Origin: Tubulanus polymorphus
Taxonomy: Eukaryota > Animalia > Nemertea
Reading direction: 5' to 3'
NCBI RefSeq assembly: GCF_964204645.1
Contig: NC_134034.1
Coordinates: forward strand, 4,996,914 to 5,060,913
Length of the DNA: 64,000 bases
Shown: positions 37,472 through 47,736 of the stretch, in pieces
Numbering within the stretch: position 1 is the stretch's first letter
Layout: the number at the start of each line of letters is the position of its first letter
The notes under the pieces: generated by a model
The model's input: only the letters and a program-made list of their open reading frames with translations
The model's database searches: none
What the model was told of the DNA's origin: nothing
Made by a program: the position numbers and the translations under genes

Positions 37472-38950
37472 TTATTTTTTGATATTTTTTGATATCATAT
37501 TCACTAACCCAAAAATAATAGCACTTACAACTGTAATTAAAAATAAAATAATATGTTCAGCAGCAAAGTTAATAATGTTTCCTGCAGATTTCAATATAAA
37601 ACCAACAATTGAAGCAATAACTCCTGGTAAAGCTGCAGCAGATTTTTTAGATAGTTCCCATAAATATTTTGCTAATTTCTTTAAACCATCTTTAACTTTA
37701 TCTTGTATAGAATTATTTCCTGGGGGTTTATCTGGTTTATTTGGAGTGGGAGTAGGAGTAGATTTTAAAGCATTTGATATTGCTAAACCAATTGTTGTAA
37801 ATAACATAGTTACAGCTGTTAGAATTGAGAGAATTGTTATTCCTTCTAATTTAAATAATAATCTTATTCTGTCTTTTAATGATATTTCAGAATTTGGTTT
37901 AATCAACAAATCTTTAAAAATAACTTTTAATCTATTTATATTATAATCATATGATTTTAATAATAATTTAATTTCTTCTTTTTGTAATTCTATGTTATAT
38001 TCTAAATCATCTATTTCTTTTTCTAAATATGCATTTCTTTTTTTAAATTCAATTTCTTCAATAACTTTATTATCTCTATCTAATTTTAGTTGTTCTATTT
38101 CTTTATTTTTATCAGTTAATTCTTTTTCTAAAGTTCTAATTTTAAAATCTCTTATACTTTTATCATGCGCAATTTTATCAGATGCAAGTCTTAAACTAAT
38201 AATTTCTTTAATTGCTTTATCAGAAAATATATTTAAATCTTCTAATTCTTGTTTTGTTGCATCAATTAATCCATTCGGTAAAAGTTTTTCAATTGGAATT
38301 TTATTTGATTTAAGTTTACTAGTTTTGGAAGTTATATTCTGTTCAGAACTTGTTTCTGGTTCTAAATTATTATCGATTGTTTCAAATAATTCATTAATTC
38401 TTTGTTTAAATACTCTTTCATTTTTAATAATTTCTTCTTGTGTTACATCTTCTATTTCATTACTATTTCTTATTCTTTTAATTCTAGATAGTAATGAGTC
38501 AGACTTAAGCAAAGTTGATTCTGCTAATATTTTGTTTTGTTTTTTATAAGAGATATCAATATAATAATCATCTTTCAAATGATAATAATATTCACCATCT
38601 AAAGATTTTAATTCTTGTACTAAAAGTCTGGCGCCTCTAGCATTGATATTATATCCAGATTTTTCAAATATAGGTTTGAAATTATAAATATATTCATTAT
38701 ATTCTAAATTTTGTTTTACTAAATCTGGATTTTCATTTTCAGGATTTATTCTCGATCTAGTTCTTCTATCAAATTCATCTGTTGATTGACCTTTAGAACC
38801 ACTATCTGCTAAATTAGAATTATATGCTGATTCATCATCATTATCAATATTAGTTTCATTAAAATCGGGTTGTGGTTTATCATCAATATATCCTTCATTA
38901 TTATTTCCCATGTTTTCCATTTCATAATCTTCTCCACCTTCTACATCCAT
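37472..38950 (-). CDS. Coiled-coil protein with multiple C-terminal hydrophobic/amphipathic helices (putative virion membrane protein)
   Basis: Acidic N-terminus, heptad-rich middle, hydrophobic ITILSILTAVTMLFTTIGLAI, Pro-rich linker, then AALPGVIASIVGFIL and IILFLITVVSAIIFGLV. Confidence 0.8.
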   Translation of the reverse strand: MDVEGGEDYEMENMGNNNEGYIDDKPQPDFNETNIDNDDESAYNSNLADSGSKGQSTDEFDRRTRSRINPENENPDLVKQNLEYNEYIYNFKPIFEKSGYNINARGARLLVQELKSLDGEYYYHLKDDYYIDISYKKQNKILAESTLLKSDSLLSRIKRIRNSNEIEDVTQEEIIKNERVFKQRINELFETIDNNLEPETSSEQNITSKTSKLKSNKIPIEKLLPNGLIDATKQELEDLNIFSDKAIKEIISLRLASDKIAHDKSIRDFKIRTLEKELTDKNKEIEQLKLDRDNKVIEEIEFKKRNAYLEKEIDDLEYNIELQKEEIKLLLKSYDYNINRLKVIFKDLLIKPNSEISLKDRIRLLFKLEGITILSILTAVTMLFTTIGLAISNALKSTPTPTPNKPDKPPGNNSIQDKVKDGLKKLAKYLWELSKKSAAALPGVIASIVGFILKSAGNIINFAAEHIILFLITVVSAIIFGLVNMISKNIKK

Positions 38951-38966
38951 TTACATAATAAAAAAA

Positions 38967-40268
38967 TTAAAATTTAAAATATAATATTCCTCCGATTACA
39001 ATTCCTATACAAGTTATAGCTAATTTAGTATTTTCATGGGATTTATTATCATCATTTTGTTTAATTATATCATGTTGAATAATATCAGTTTTAATATCTT
39101 CTGATGTATTGTAATCTTTTATTTTAGAATCATTATTTAATTTAATATTCTTAGTTTTAGTTTCAGTTGATTGAATGTGTTTTTTATTTTTTTCACCTTC
39201 CATTAATTTTGGAGCAGTAATAATCTTTTTATTTATATCATTTAATCCAAATGAATTATTTATTGTTGCAGTTTTAATTAGATTATTATAACCAATTATA
39301 TTTCCCATCTTTAATACTAAATCATTAGAAATAATTAATAGATTAGGGCCTATACAATAATTAAGTCTTACATGAGATTTATCTAAATAATTTTGATATC
39401 TTATAATGTTTTCTGGAATCGATCTATTTTTATCATTATGAATTGAATCTTCAAATAAAACTTTAAACTGTTTCTGCGCATCGAATGAAGTGTTATCATT
39501 TCCAATTATTGGGGATCTTGTTTCAACTTGCGCACCTAGAATACAAATTAAATAAGTTCTAATAGATTGATTTATTCTTTGTATACCTGATTTTGTAAAA
39601 CCTTCACCATTTTTTAAAATGAAATTAACCCAACCATTATTATTATCAATTTTATAATTATGATAAGCTGAAATTCTATGCATATAATCAATTCTTTTTA
39701 TTTCAAACTCTTCACCAACACCTTGCAATTTACCATGCGCTCTAAAATCGGAATTAATATTTATATTAAATTCATTACATATTTTATAAAACTTAGATAG
39801 ATTAATATTATTATCCAATTCTTTGAAATATTTAGACCCGGGTAAAGGACATTCTAATTCATTTAATATTATTCTGATTTGAAAATATGTGTGAAATCTA
39901 AATATTGTGTGAATTAATTTTAAATCAGAATACTTCAAATTTTTATCTAAGTTATTTAAATGATCATTCCAACTTATTCCACATCCTGTTGTTGCACAAT
40001 AAACAGCAAAATCTAATTGATTCTGCCAATATTTCATATTAGATTTTACTTTATATATATGGTATTCATCTCGGGTAAAAGTAACTTCATATGTATTAAA
40101 TATATTTTCCATTTTAGAAATAAAAAACTGTGATTCAGTAACATAAATTTCTAAATTAGTTAATGAATTTAAAACTACATTTCTATATGTAATATTTTTC
40201 TTAAAATCTATTGCAGGAATATTATATTTAATTGATTTATTATATTGGAAAGCTTTTGGAAAACCCAT
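38967..40268 (-). CDS. Conserved 433-aa protein with C-terminal membrane anchor
   Basis: Intact. WQNQLDFAVYCATTGCGISW core shared with element 2; tail LAITCIGIVIGGILYF. Confidence 0.8.
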   Translation of the reverse strand: MGFPKAFQYNKSIKYNIPAIDFKKNITYRNVVLNSLTNLEIYVTESQFFISKMENIFNTYEVTFTRDEYHIYKVKSNMKYWQNQLDFAVYCATTGCGISWNDHLNNLDKNLKYSDLKLIHTIFRFHTYFQIRIILNELECPLPGSKYFKELDNNINLSKFYKICNEFNININSDFRAHGKLQGVGEEFEIKRIDYMHRISAYHNYKIDNNNGWVNFILKNGEGFTKSGIQRINQSIRTYLICILGAQVETRSPIIGNDNTSFDAQKQFKVLFEDSIHNDKNRSIPENIIRYQNYLDKSHVRLNYCIGPNLLIISNDLVLKMGNIIGYNNLIKTATINNSFGLNDINKKIITAPKLMEGEKNKKHIQSTETKTKNIKLNNDSKIKDYNTSEDIKTDIIQHDIIKQNDDNKSHENTKLAITCIGIVIGGILYFKF

Positions 40269-40284
40269 TTATATAATTAAAAAA

Positions 40285-40719
40285 TTAATAATTAACTAAT
40301 TCTTTTAATAATTTATCTTGTTCTTCAACTGTTATATGACCATTTAAACTTATTATATAATCTAGTGTATTCTTCAATTTATTAATTTCTTTTATATTAG
40401 TTTTAATTTTTTCTTTATTACTTATTATATTTAATTTTGAACTTATACCAGTTAAAACACTTGAACTTAATCCTAATACACCAATTGATATAGCTAAAGG
40501 TGTTAATGGACTGAATATTGCTAGAAATGTTATTACAGAACTAATTGTAACCGAACCACTAATAATAAGATAATATATAATTTTAATTTTTAAATATTTT
40601 TTCTTTTTTATCTTTAAGTCACTTTCAAATTCTAATATTTGTTTTTCTAAATATGTTTTTAATTTAGTTTTATTTATATCATGAGGAATAATATCAATAC
40701 TATCAACTTTATCTTCCAT
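40285..40719 (-). CDS. Two-TM membrane protein, 144 aa
   Basis: Hydrophobic hairpin flanked by coiled-coil-like segments; homolog at 61316. Confidence 0.78.
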   Translation of the reverse strand: MEDKVDSIDIIPHDINKTKLKTYLEKQILEFESDLKIKKKKYLKIKIIYYLIISGSVTISSVITFLAIFSPLTPLAISIGVLGLSSSVLTGISSKLNIISNKEKIKTNIKEINKLKNTLDYIISLNGHITVEEQDKLLKELVNY

Positions 40720-40738
40720 TTATTTAGAAAAAAAATTA

Positions 40739-41161
40739 CTAATTAGTAAATTTATAAGCAACAAATATAACAATAACTGTTCCACCTAAAATCCATATTA
40801 TTTCATATTTCTGTTGTTCTTTACTTGGGGTATAATAATCTGATAATTTAGGTTTGTATAGATGTAATTTTTTTTTATTGGTTACCGCGTTATATAAACT
40901 CATTGCATCATCAACTGATTGAAAATCTCTATGTGAAATCTTCTGATCATATAATTCTTTATTGATGTAATCCATATAGTTTTGTCTCTTTTCTCTATAT
41001 TCTTCTGCAGCTTTATTGTATTTCTCTTACGCTAAATTGTGTCTTCTTTGTTCTCCTAATGAACTATTTTTATCAATATGTTTAAATAAATAACCACCAC
41101 CAGTAAATGCTAAAGCGTTAACAATTGCTGATCCTATAATAGTTATAATTGCAGAAGCCAT
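40739..41161 (-). pseudogene. 140-aa membrane protein gene with one in-frame stop
   Basis: Collinear with intact 60873-61295; TAA at 41027-41029 replaces TTA (Leu). Confidence 0.85.
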
Positions 41162-41186
41162 TTATTTAGCAAAAAAAATTATACAT

Positions 41187-41408
41187 TTATATGGGAGGAA
41201 TATATTTTTGTTTTTCTAAATAATCAATAGTTAAATTAGATAAAGTAACTGCTAACGTTAACTTTAAAATATCATTTATATCAAATCTATCAACATTAAC
41301 ACTTCCCATTTTGAATACTTTTTTTAATACCATTGAATAACCAACAGTTCCAACTGATAGTAATGCGCCATTATATAATCCAGTTATTATCCACTTATTA
41401 TCACTCAT
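41187..41408 (-). CDS. Small hydrophobic protein, 73 aa
   Basis: Differs from 60627-60848 by one residue; two hydrophobic segments. Confidence 0.8.
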   Translation of the reverse strand: MSDNKWIITGLYNGALLSVGTVGYSMVLKKVFKMGSVNVDRFDINDILKLTLAVTLSNLTIDYLEKQKYIPPI

Positions 41409-41750
41409 TTATTTATCAAAAAAATTACTATCATCAAAATATTTAGTTAACTTATTTATGATTAATTCAACATTTATTTCATTACTACTTTTATGATTAT
41501 CATATATTTTGGATAATATGTTTTTGATATCTTCAATAATTCCATCTTCATTTAATTCATAATATTCTAAAGGTGATTTAATTAAATCAATTACTTTTTC
41601 TATATTATACTTTTCTTTATCAATCATTGATGCATTGTTAAATGATTTACTTTTTATATCAGTAATTACATCATTTAGTTTAATTCTCATTTCTTTACCA
41701 TGTTTAAAATCAAACCCAAAACATATACTCGGTCCAACAGTTATATTCAT
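41409..41750 (-). CDS. Hypothetical protein, 113 aa
   Basis: Homolog at 60267-60626 with conserved ends. Confidence 0.78.
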   Translation of the reverse strand: MNITVGPSICFGFDFKHGKEMRIKLNDVITDIKSKSFNNASMIDKEKYNIEKVIDLIKSPLEYYELNEDGIIEDIKNILSKIYDNHKSSNEINVELIINKLTKYFDDSNFFDK

Positions 41751-41767
41751 TTATATAGTGAAAAAAA

Positions 41768-42526
41768 TTACTCTCTACATCTTATAACTAATTCATAAAT
41801 TACAGGGAAATTATTTAAATCAATTAAGTATCCATTATGATTTCTAATTTCTAATCTAAAATTATTAAATTTAGGAATGCAAGGTTTGAAATCACATTCT
41901 GTTAAATTATAATTTATTTGCGTTCCAAATTCTTTAACATTTTTTAATGGTAAAATATTTAATATACTAGAATTACATGTTGTATCTTTAGTTGCTTCGA
42001 ATGTTTTTGTTGGGTCAATTAAATTGCAATAAATATAAAAATGTGTAAAAGGTATTATATTTGAAATACCTTCTACGTTTACTGTAACAACATCTGGTTC
42101 AATTCCTAGCAATTTAGCTATAGGTTTTTTTACCATAAATGCATGTTGACTTTCATCAAATACCTTTATTTTAATTCTATTTGAGCTATCACTTTTTATA
42201 AATCTTATTAAAAATTTATCATCTTTTCTAATTTTCAGCCGTGCTCTACGATTAATTTCTTGAGATAATGTTTCTAAATTATATAATCCTGGTCTTAGAA
42301 ATAGATGAAACCATTTATTTATATTTCTAACATGAATTAAAAAAGTATTATGTTCAATAGTTTTATTCGATATATTGTAAAAAGAATTACATAAACTTAT
42401 ATTTACTAATTTTAAATCTACACAATTCTTGAATTCTCTATCTAATTGTACTAATAAATTATGAGATTTATAATTTGTAAGTTTTCTAGAATCAACAAAT
42501 ATTCTGTATTCTTTTAATTCCGCCAT
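41768..42526 (-). CDS. Putative minor capsid (penton-like single jelly roll) protein
   Basis: Pattern IFVDSR...NSFYNI...PGLYN...LG...YIYCNLI...LEIRN.NG.LIDLN.FPV.YEL, typical of Polinton/virophage minor capsid proteins. Confidence 0.7.
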   Translation of the reverse strand: MAELKEYRIFVDSRKLTNYKSHNLLVQLDREFKNCVDLKLVNISLCNSFYNISNKTIEHNTFLIHVRNINKWFHLFLRPGLYNLETLSQEINRRARLKIRKDDKFLIRFIKSDSSNRIKIKVFDESQHAFMVKKPIAKLLGIEPDVVTVNVEGISNIIPFTHFYIYCNLIDPTKTFEATKDTTCNSSILNILPLKNVKEFGTQINYNLTECDFKPCIPKFNNFRLEIRNHNGYLIDLNNFPVIYELVIRCRE

Positions 42527-42543
42527 TTATTTTACATATTTTC

Positions 42544-42885
42544 TTATTCAAAATCTATTTCATGGTGCCCTTTTTCATTCTTACCTTTGTATACGAAATA
42601 GAAATCTCCAGAACATAATTCTTCTAGATCTTCACTTGATAATCTATGAAATCTATCTGGTAAATAAGTTCTGAATTTATATTTATTTCCTTTTAATCCT
42701 TCATATTCTAAATGAATTATTAATTTATCTCCATATTTATTAGTAATTGTTTCAATGTTAGTAATTAAATATTTCTTGTGAATTGTTAATTCTGTTAACT
42801 TTTTAAATTTATAATCTACAGATTTGACGCTTGAAGTATCTTTAATTCTATCTAAGAATTCACTGTGTACTTGTTTACTCTCCAT
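42544..42885 (-). CDS. Small beta-rich protein next to pPolB, possible OB-fold ssDNA-binding protein
   Basis: FKKLTEL..YLIT....NKYG...YLPDRF; conserved in element 2. Function is inferred. Confidence 0.6.
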   Translation of the reverse strand: MESKQVHSEFLDRIKDTSSVKSVDYKFKKLTELTIHKKYLITNIETITNKYGDKLIIHLEYEGLKGNKYKFRTYLPDRFHRLSSEDLEELCSGDFYFVYKGKNEKGHHEIDFE

Positions 42886-42913
42886 TTATTATACAAATTT
42901 TTATTGAAATTGA

Positions 42914-45900
42914 TTAACACGCTAGAATCCTTTTCATAATCTCATTTTCTTTTGTTTCTTCTCTTTTGAATTTTATATATTCATCTAAATTGCAACCATA
43001 GGCGACTGTGTGGATTCCATCATCTAAAATATATCTTTTATCATCAAATGGGTTTAGACTTATCTTCTCTATCTCTTCAATATATATTTCATGATCTTCA
43101 GATCTTAAACATTTCATTTTATGTTTTCTAACTTCTTCATTAAATATACAATTGATGAAATCTTTGAAATGAATATTCTTTTCTACTACACTTTTGGTTA
43201 TTCCTTTTAACTTTTTAGCTTCATGTTCTTTAGTTTTATATGAATACATTTTAGATCTAATACCAATGAACTCTATCATTTCTTCACCGCCTAATTCATC
43301 CTTAAACTTACCAGGAACTTTTTTATTATCATTGCTAAATAGTTCATGATTTTTTGGATAGTTACTAAAATCAAAATGGTGTTTTAATATTTTTAAATCA
43401 TCTTTTATATTATCACTTTTTATCTTTAATATGTACGCATCAGTATCTAGATATAATATTTCTATATTCTTTTCCCCAAAATGGGGTTGCAATACATTAT
43501 AATAGAATTCATACATCAATAGCTTTGAAATTTCTAAAACTGCAGCTCCAACATAAATAGGTTTATTGAACTTCATAGAAGTTCTTTTTAATTTAACTGC
43601 AGCTAAATTTTCATCGAATATTCTATTCCCTATGAATTTCGGATACGATTGCAAATGTCTAATTCTTTTACCATTACTAACTAACTCAATATCATTTCTA
43701 TTTCTAATATTTTCACATGTTTTTCCATAGAACGCATTATTCATCAGTTTAAAGTAATCCTTCTCAAAATCAGTTTTAGCTTCAGTTCTCTGTGTAGTAT
43801 TAAAATCTATATATTTTTCTAACCACTTAGATTGATTAAATGAAATATATCTATGTACTTTTTTTAATATCATTCCTTGATTCAAATAGAATTTTAACAT
43901 TCTATAATGTACTACATAATTATATTTATCTTCTTGAGTTACCATTAACTTTTCAGTATGAATATGATTTTCAGGTTTAATTCTTTTTTGATAATTTGAT
44001 AATTCTTTATGTTTAACAGTTTTATGTTCGGGACAGTAAGCTAGATTTCTAGATTTGAATTTAATATTTTCAGGGTATTCTAAATCTATAACAAAGAACT
44101 AACCAGTATCTGAATCATCTGCAATATCTAGAATTCTTTTCTTCCAATCAAATTTATCAATTTGTAAAACTTCAGTTATTTCAAACATCCCATAAGGTTG
44201 TGGTTCCATCATTGCCCAACCATAAAGATTATTTGCATCTATGTATAATAATTTATATCCAGGATTATCATTTACATTGAAATATCTATCACCCAATACA
44301 CCTGAAACACCTCCTCTTATAGATTTTTCAAATAATAGTAATTGATCTATATTTGTTAACAAATCCATTTTTATATTTGTAAATTTTAATCCACAATCCC
44401 ATGTTAATCCTGGGCTAGAATAACAATGACAAGGATCAATATTAAAATATTTTAGGTTTACATCTCTAAACCTTTCGAATATATCGGTTAATAATAATAC
44501 ATCTGATTTTAAATATAAATCTACTAATTGTCCATGATTTTTAATTTCGAAATGATTCCAAATATTCAATGTTCTATTATAGACTTCATCTTTAACATAT
44601 TCATATTTTAATTCATCATAGAATTGTTCTTTCAATAATTCAGTTATTTTAAAATCATTATGATTTTTATAGAAAGAATATGGAATTGCACCTTTATATC
44701 TCATTAATTTAAAATCATCATAATTTGGGTAATATTCTTTTAATATCTTTAATTCATCATCAACTAATGATTTTGATAAGTTATCTAATGAACTATTTAA
44801 AAATCTATATAAATCTATAAATCTTAGACAACCAAATTGGAATGATATATAATTCTCAGATGTTTTAGCTAACATTCTAAATTTATAAGTTGGTATTTTA
44901 TCTTTTGATTTATTTGAATTTATTATTTCTATTTCATTATTAATTTCTTCTATTTAATGACACAGTTGTTTAATGAATAAATGCGCGTCATACCCCGATA
45001 AATTGTGAAATATAATGGGGACAAAATTTACTTTTTTAGCTTGCAAATTACAATTCTCATGTGCAGCGCCTCTAAATTTACCATTCAAATGATCATGGTC
45101 TCTTACTTTTTTATCTTTATAATTAAATAGTTTTTCACAATAATAACATTTATCTGCAAACGCAAATTCTTCTTTATCTTCTTCTGTCATAATTATTTCT
45201 TTATTTGTATTCAATAATTTACTAAATCTTATTTCATATTCAATTAATAAGTCACAAAAATGATTGATAACATTTTCATTTCTATAATGATAATATTCAC
45301 TTTCAATTAGTTCTGGATAATCAGATTTAATATATAACCCGAAAGCTGCAGCTGATTGATGAATCTTTTTAATAGTATTTGTTTTTGGTGGTTCTTCTGA
45401 ATAATCACTTTCATTAGAATTTAATTTCTTTCTTTTATAATATATATCTTTTCTATCTTTATCTGTTAATTCTTTATTTAATGATTCAAAATCTCCATAT
45501 ATTACAAATGGTACTTTATTTTTGTAATCATATTTTTTGAATTCTAATATTTTATCTTTTTCATTTGGTAAAACTAATTTACAATAATCATGATTATCAC
45601 ATAGTTGTTTATGATTTAATAATGTACTTTCATTACTAAATTTATGTAAACATTTTCTACATAGATATATTTTATTATGGTGATCACTTTCTGTTCTAAA
45701 GAATAAATCTATTTGTTTAATCCACATATAATGATTCTCATAATATAGTATATCTATAACATCATTTGAATCATAATCTTTTGATAGGTATAAAGGTTCT
45801 AATGTATAATGTTTAATATTATTTCCTTTTGTATTTGGTAATTTAATTAAATCAAATACATTTATCTTTAAATTATTATCTCTTTCTATTTTTGGGATGT

Positions 45901-46945
45901 TTTTAATTCTAACAGGATACTTATCTATCTTATAATTATTTTCAAATTGTTTATAATGAGTTAATCTAAAACTATGTGTAATATCTTCTGTTGGATGTAA
46001 ACAACTTATTATAGCCCATATAAAACATTTATTATCAAAATTTTGTATATTTATTACACCATTAGTTTTAAATGGTAATTTAATATAACTTGTTCCATTT
46101 ATACTATCATCTTTATAATATGATAAATTATTTTCATCAATTGGTTTTGATTTAGTTAACTTATTATATTTTGTGTTATAAACATGTAAAGTTATAAATA
46201 TTATCTCATCAAATATTAAACCAGATCCTTCAAAATATTTCTCTTCTATTTTAGTTTTTATTTCATTATAACATTTATCTAATTTATCATCTATATGTTG
46301 TTTAGATATAATATGTTGTGAATGAGAATTTATATTATATATTGGTTTATCTTCAGATTTTATAAACTTTACTTTAACTGATATACTAATTTTAGGATAT
46401 TCAACATCTGTAATTATTTTTATTATTTCTTTCATATTTTCTAAATGTTTTTTATTTTCTTCTAATGTTTTACCTTTATGAAATTTAAACTCAATAGCTG
46501 CTGGACCAATATCACTTTTAAATGCTTCGGTTATCTCTATATCTTTTTTATTATCTAATGAATTAATATAATTTCTTACATCTTCCATGTATGGTCTTTT
46601 ATTGTTTAATTTATTTTTTATTCTTTTAATTGTCTTCTGTTTCTTATCATTATCATTATCAAAATAATCTTCACCTAAAATATCATTATTCTTATTTCTA
46701 ATATGACTTATAGATTTTAAATGTTCTTTATAATATCTTTTATCACTGAATGATTGATTACATGTATCACATTTGTATGTTTCTTTTTCATTCTTTAATT
46801 CTTCTAATTTAGTTTCTAATATATCATCCTTATATTCTAGTTTCAATTTATTCTCTAAATGTGTTATAGTTTTATTGTGTCTTGCTTTTTGAGATTTATC
46901 TATATCGATATTATATGTTGGGCAGTAGTACTTATTTGCTTCCAT
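42914..46945 (-). pseudogene. polB: Protein-primed family B DNA polymerase (1343 codons) with two in-frame nonsense mutations
   Basis: Exonuclease motifs YGDFES, FHNLSGYD, YLKSDV; polymerase motifs YIDANNLYG, KLMNNAFYGK, YLDTD. The three ORF pieces share one frame, split by TAA (44954-44956) and TAG (44099-44101) where element 2 has Lys and Tyr. Confidence 0.96.
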
Positions 46946-47413
46946 TTTAATACTATATTTTTTATTAAAATTGATTTTAGAAGTTCAATGATTTAAATGT
47001 TATTCATATATATATGAATATTTTAAGAGTAATAGAGGTAATAGGCTTTCATATCAAAGGTTTAATGATCGAGTTCATTAATAACATATATTAAAAAACT
47101 ATAATATATTTTCATAACCGCGTGCATTTCAGTTGAATAATAGAATAATTATTATCATTTGAATATATTTGATTATTTGAATTTGTGTATTGTAATTAAA
47201 TCAATTGGTCGCGGAGCGGAGCGGTAGCGAAGTGGAGCGACCAATTGATTTAATACAATATGCTTTTTATATTATTGATATCTTAGAATAAATACTTAGT
47301 TTTGATATAAAATGCACGCGGTTATGAAAATATATTATAGTTTTTTAATATTTTGTTTTTTAATGGGCTCGACCGTTCGACCTTTGGTATGAAAGCCTAT
47401 TACCCCTATTACT
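46832..47413. repeat. Right terminal inverted repeat (582 bp)
   Basis: Reverse complement of 28831-29412; includes the pPolB upstream region and first 38 codons. Confidence 0.95.
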
Positions 47414-47736
47414 CCCAACCTAACTTTTGAAATAATCAAACATTTAGAAAGGAGGGGTATCCCAGTACAGGTATGCCAGTACATCTGAGCCGAATATCGA
47501 AGAGAATCCCCCAACATGTTTGGAACCCTTACTTTGAGCAAAAAGTTCCAGGAAATTCCTAATTTCATCATCAATATGTCTCTCAGGACTAATGGATTTC
47601 ATACATATAACAGAAATTCGTTACCTATCCTATTTGCAGAAATTATGGAGGACCTCTTCTTCAGTCTAGGTACTATTTTTGGGGTCTGGCCCTATGCATC
47701 TTCGAGCTAATAACCTAATTGTGGTCCGATGCCTTT

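Larger units (their letters stand above)
28831..47413 (-). mobile_element. Complete Polinton/Maverick-like endogenous virus (element 1), 18,583 bp
   Basis: Starts AGTAATAG and ends CTATTACT. TSD CCCAAC at 28825-28830 and 47414-47419; 582-bp TIRs; pPolB, integrase, ATPase and capsid-like genes; sharply higher AT content than the flanks. Strand is given as that of pPolB. Confidence 0.97.

Noticed and set aside
37479-38549. Plus-strand ORFs of 155 and 185 aa
   Set aside because: Antisense shadows of the 492-aa gene; no TAAATG start and no motifs.
42914-46945. Programmed readthrough or alternative genetic code for the split pPolB
   Set aside because: The stops are different codons at positions where element 2 has sense codons, and TAA/TAG terminate other genes normally; ordinary decay is simpler.
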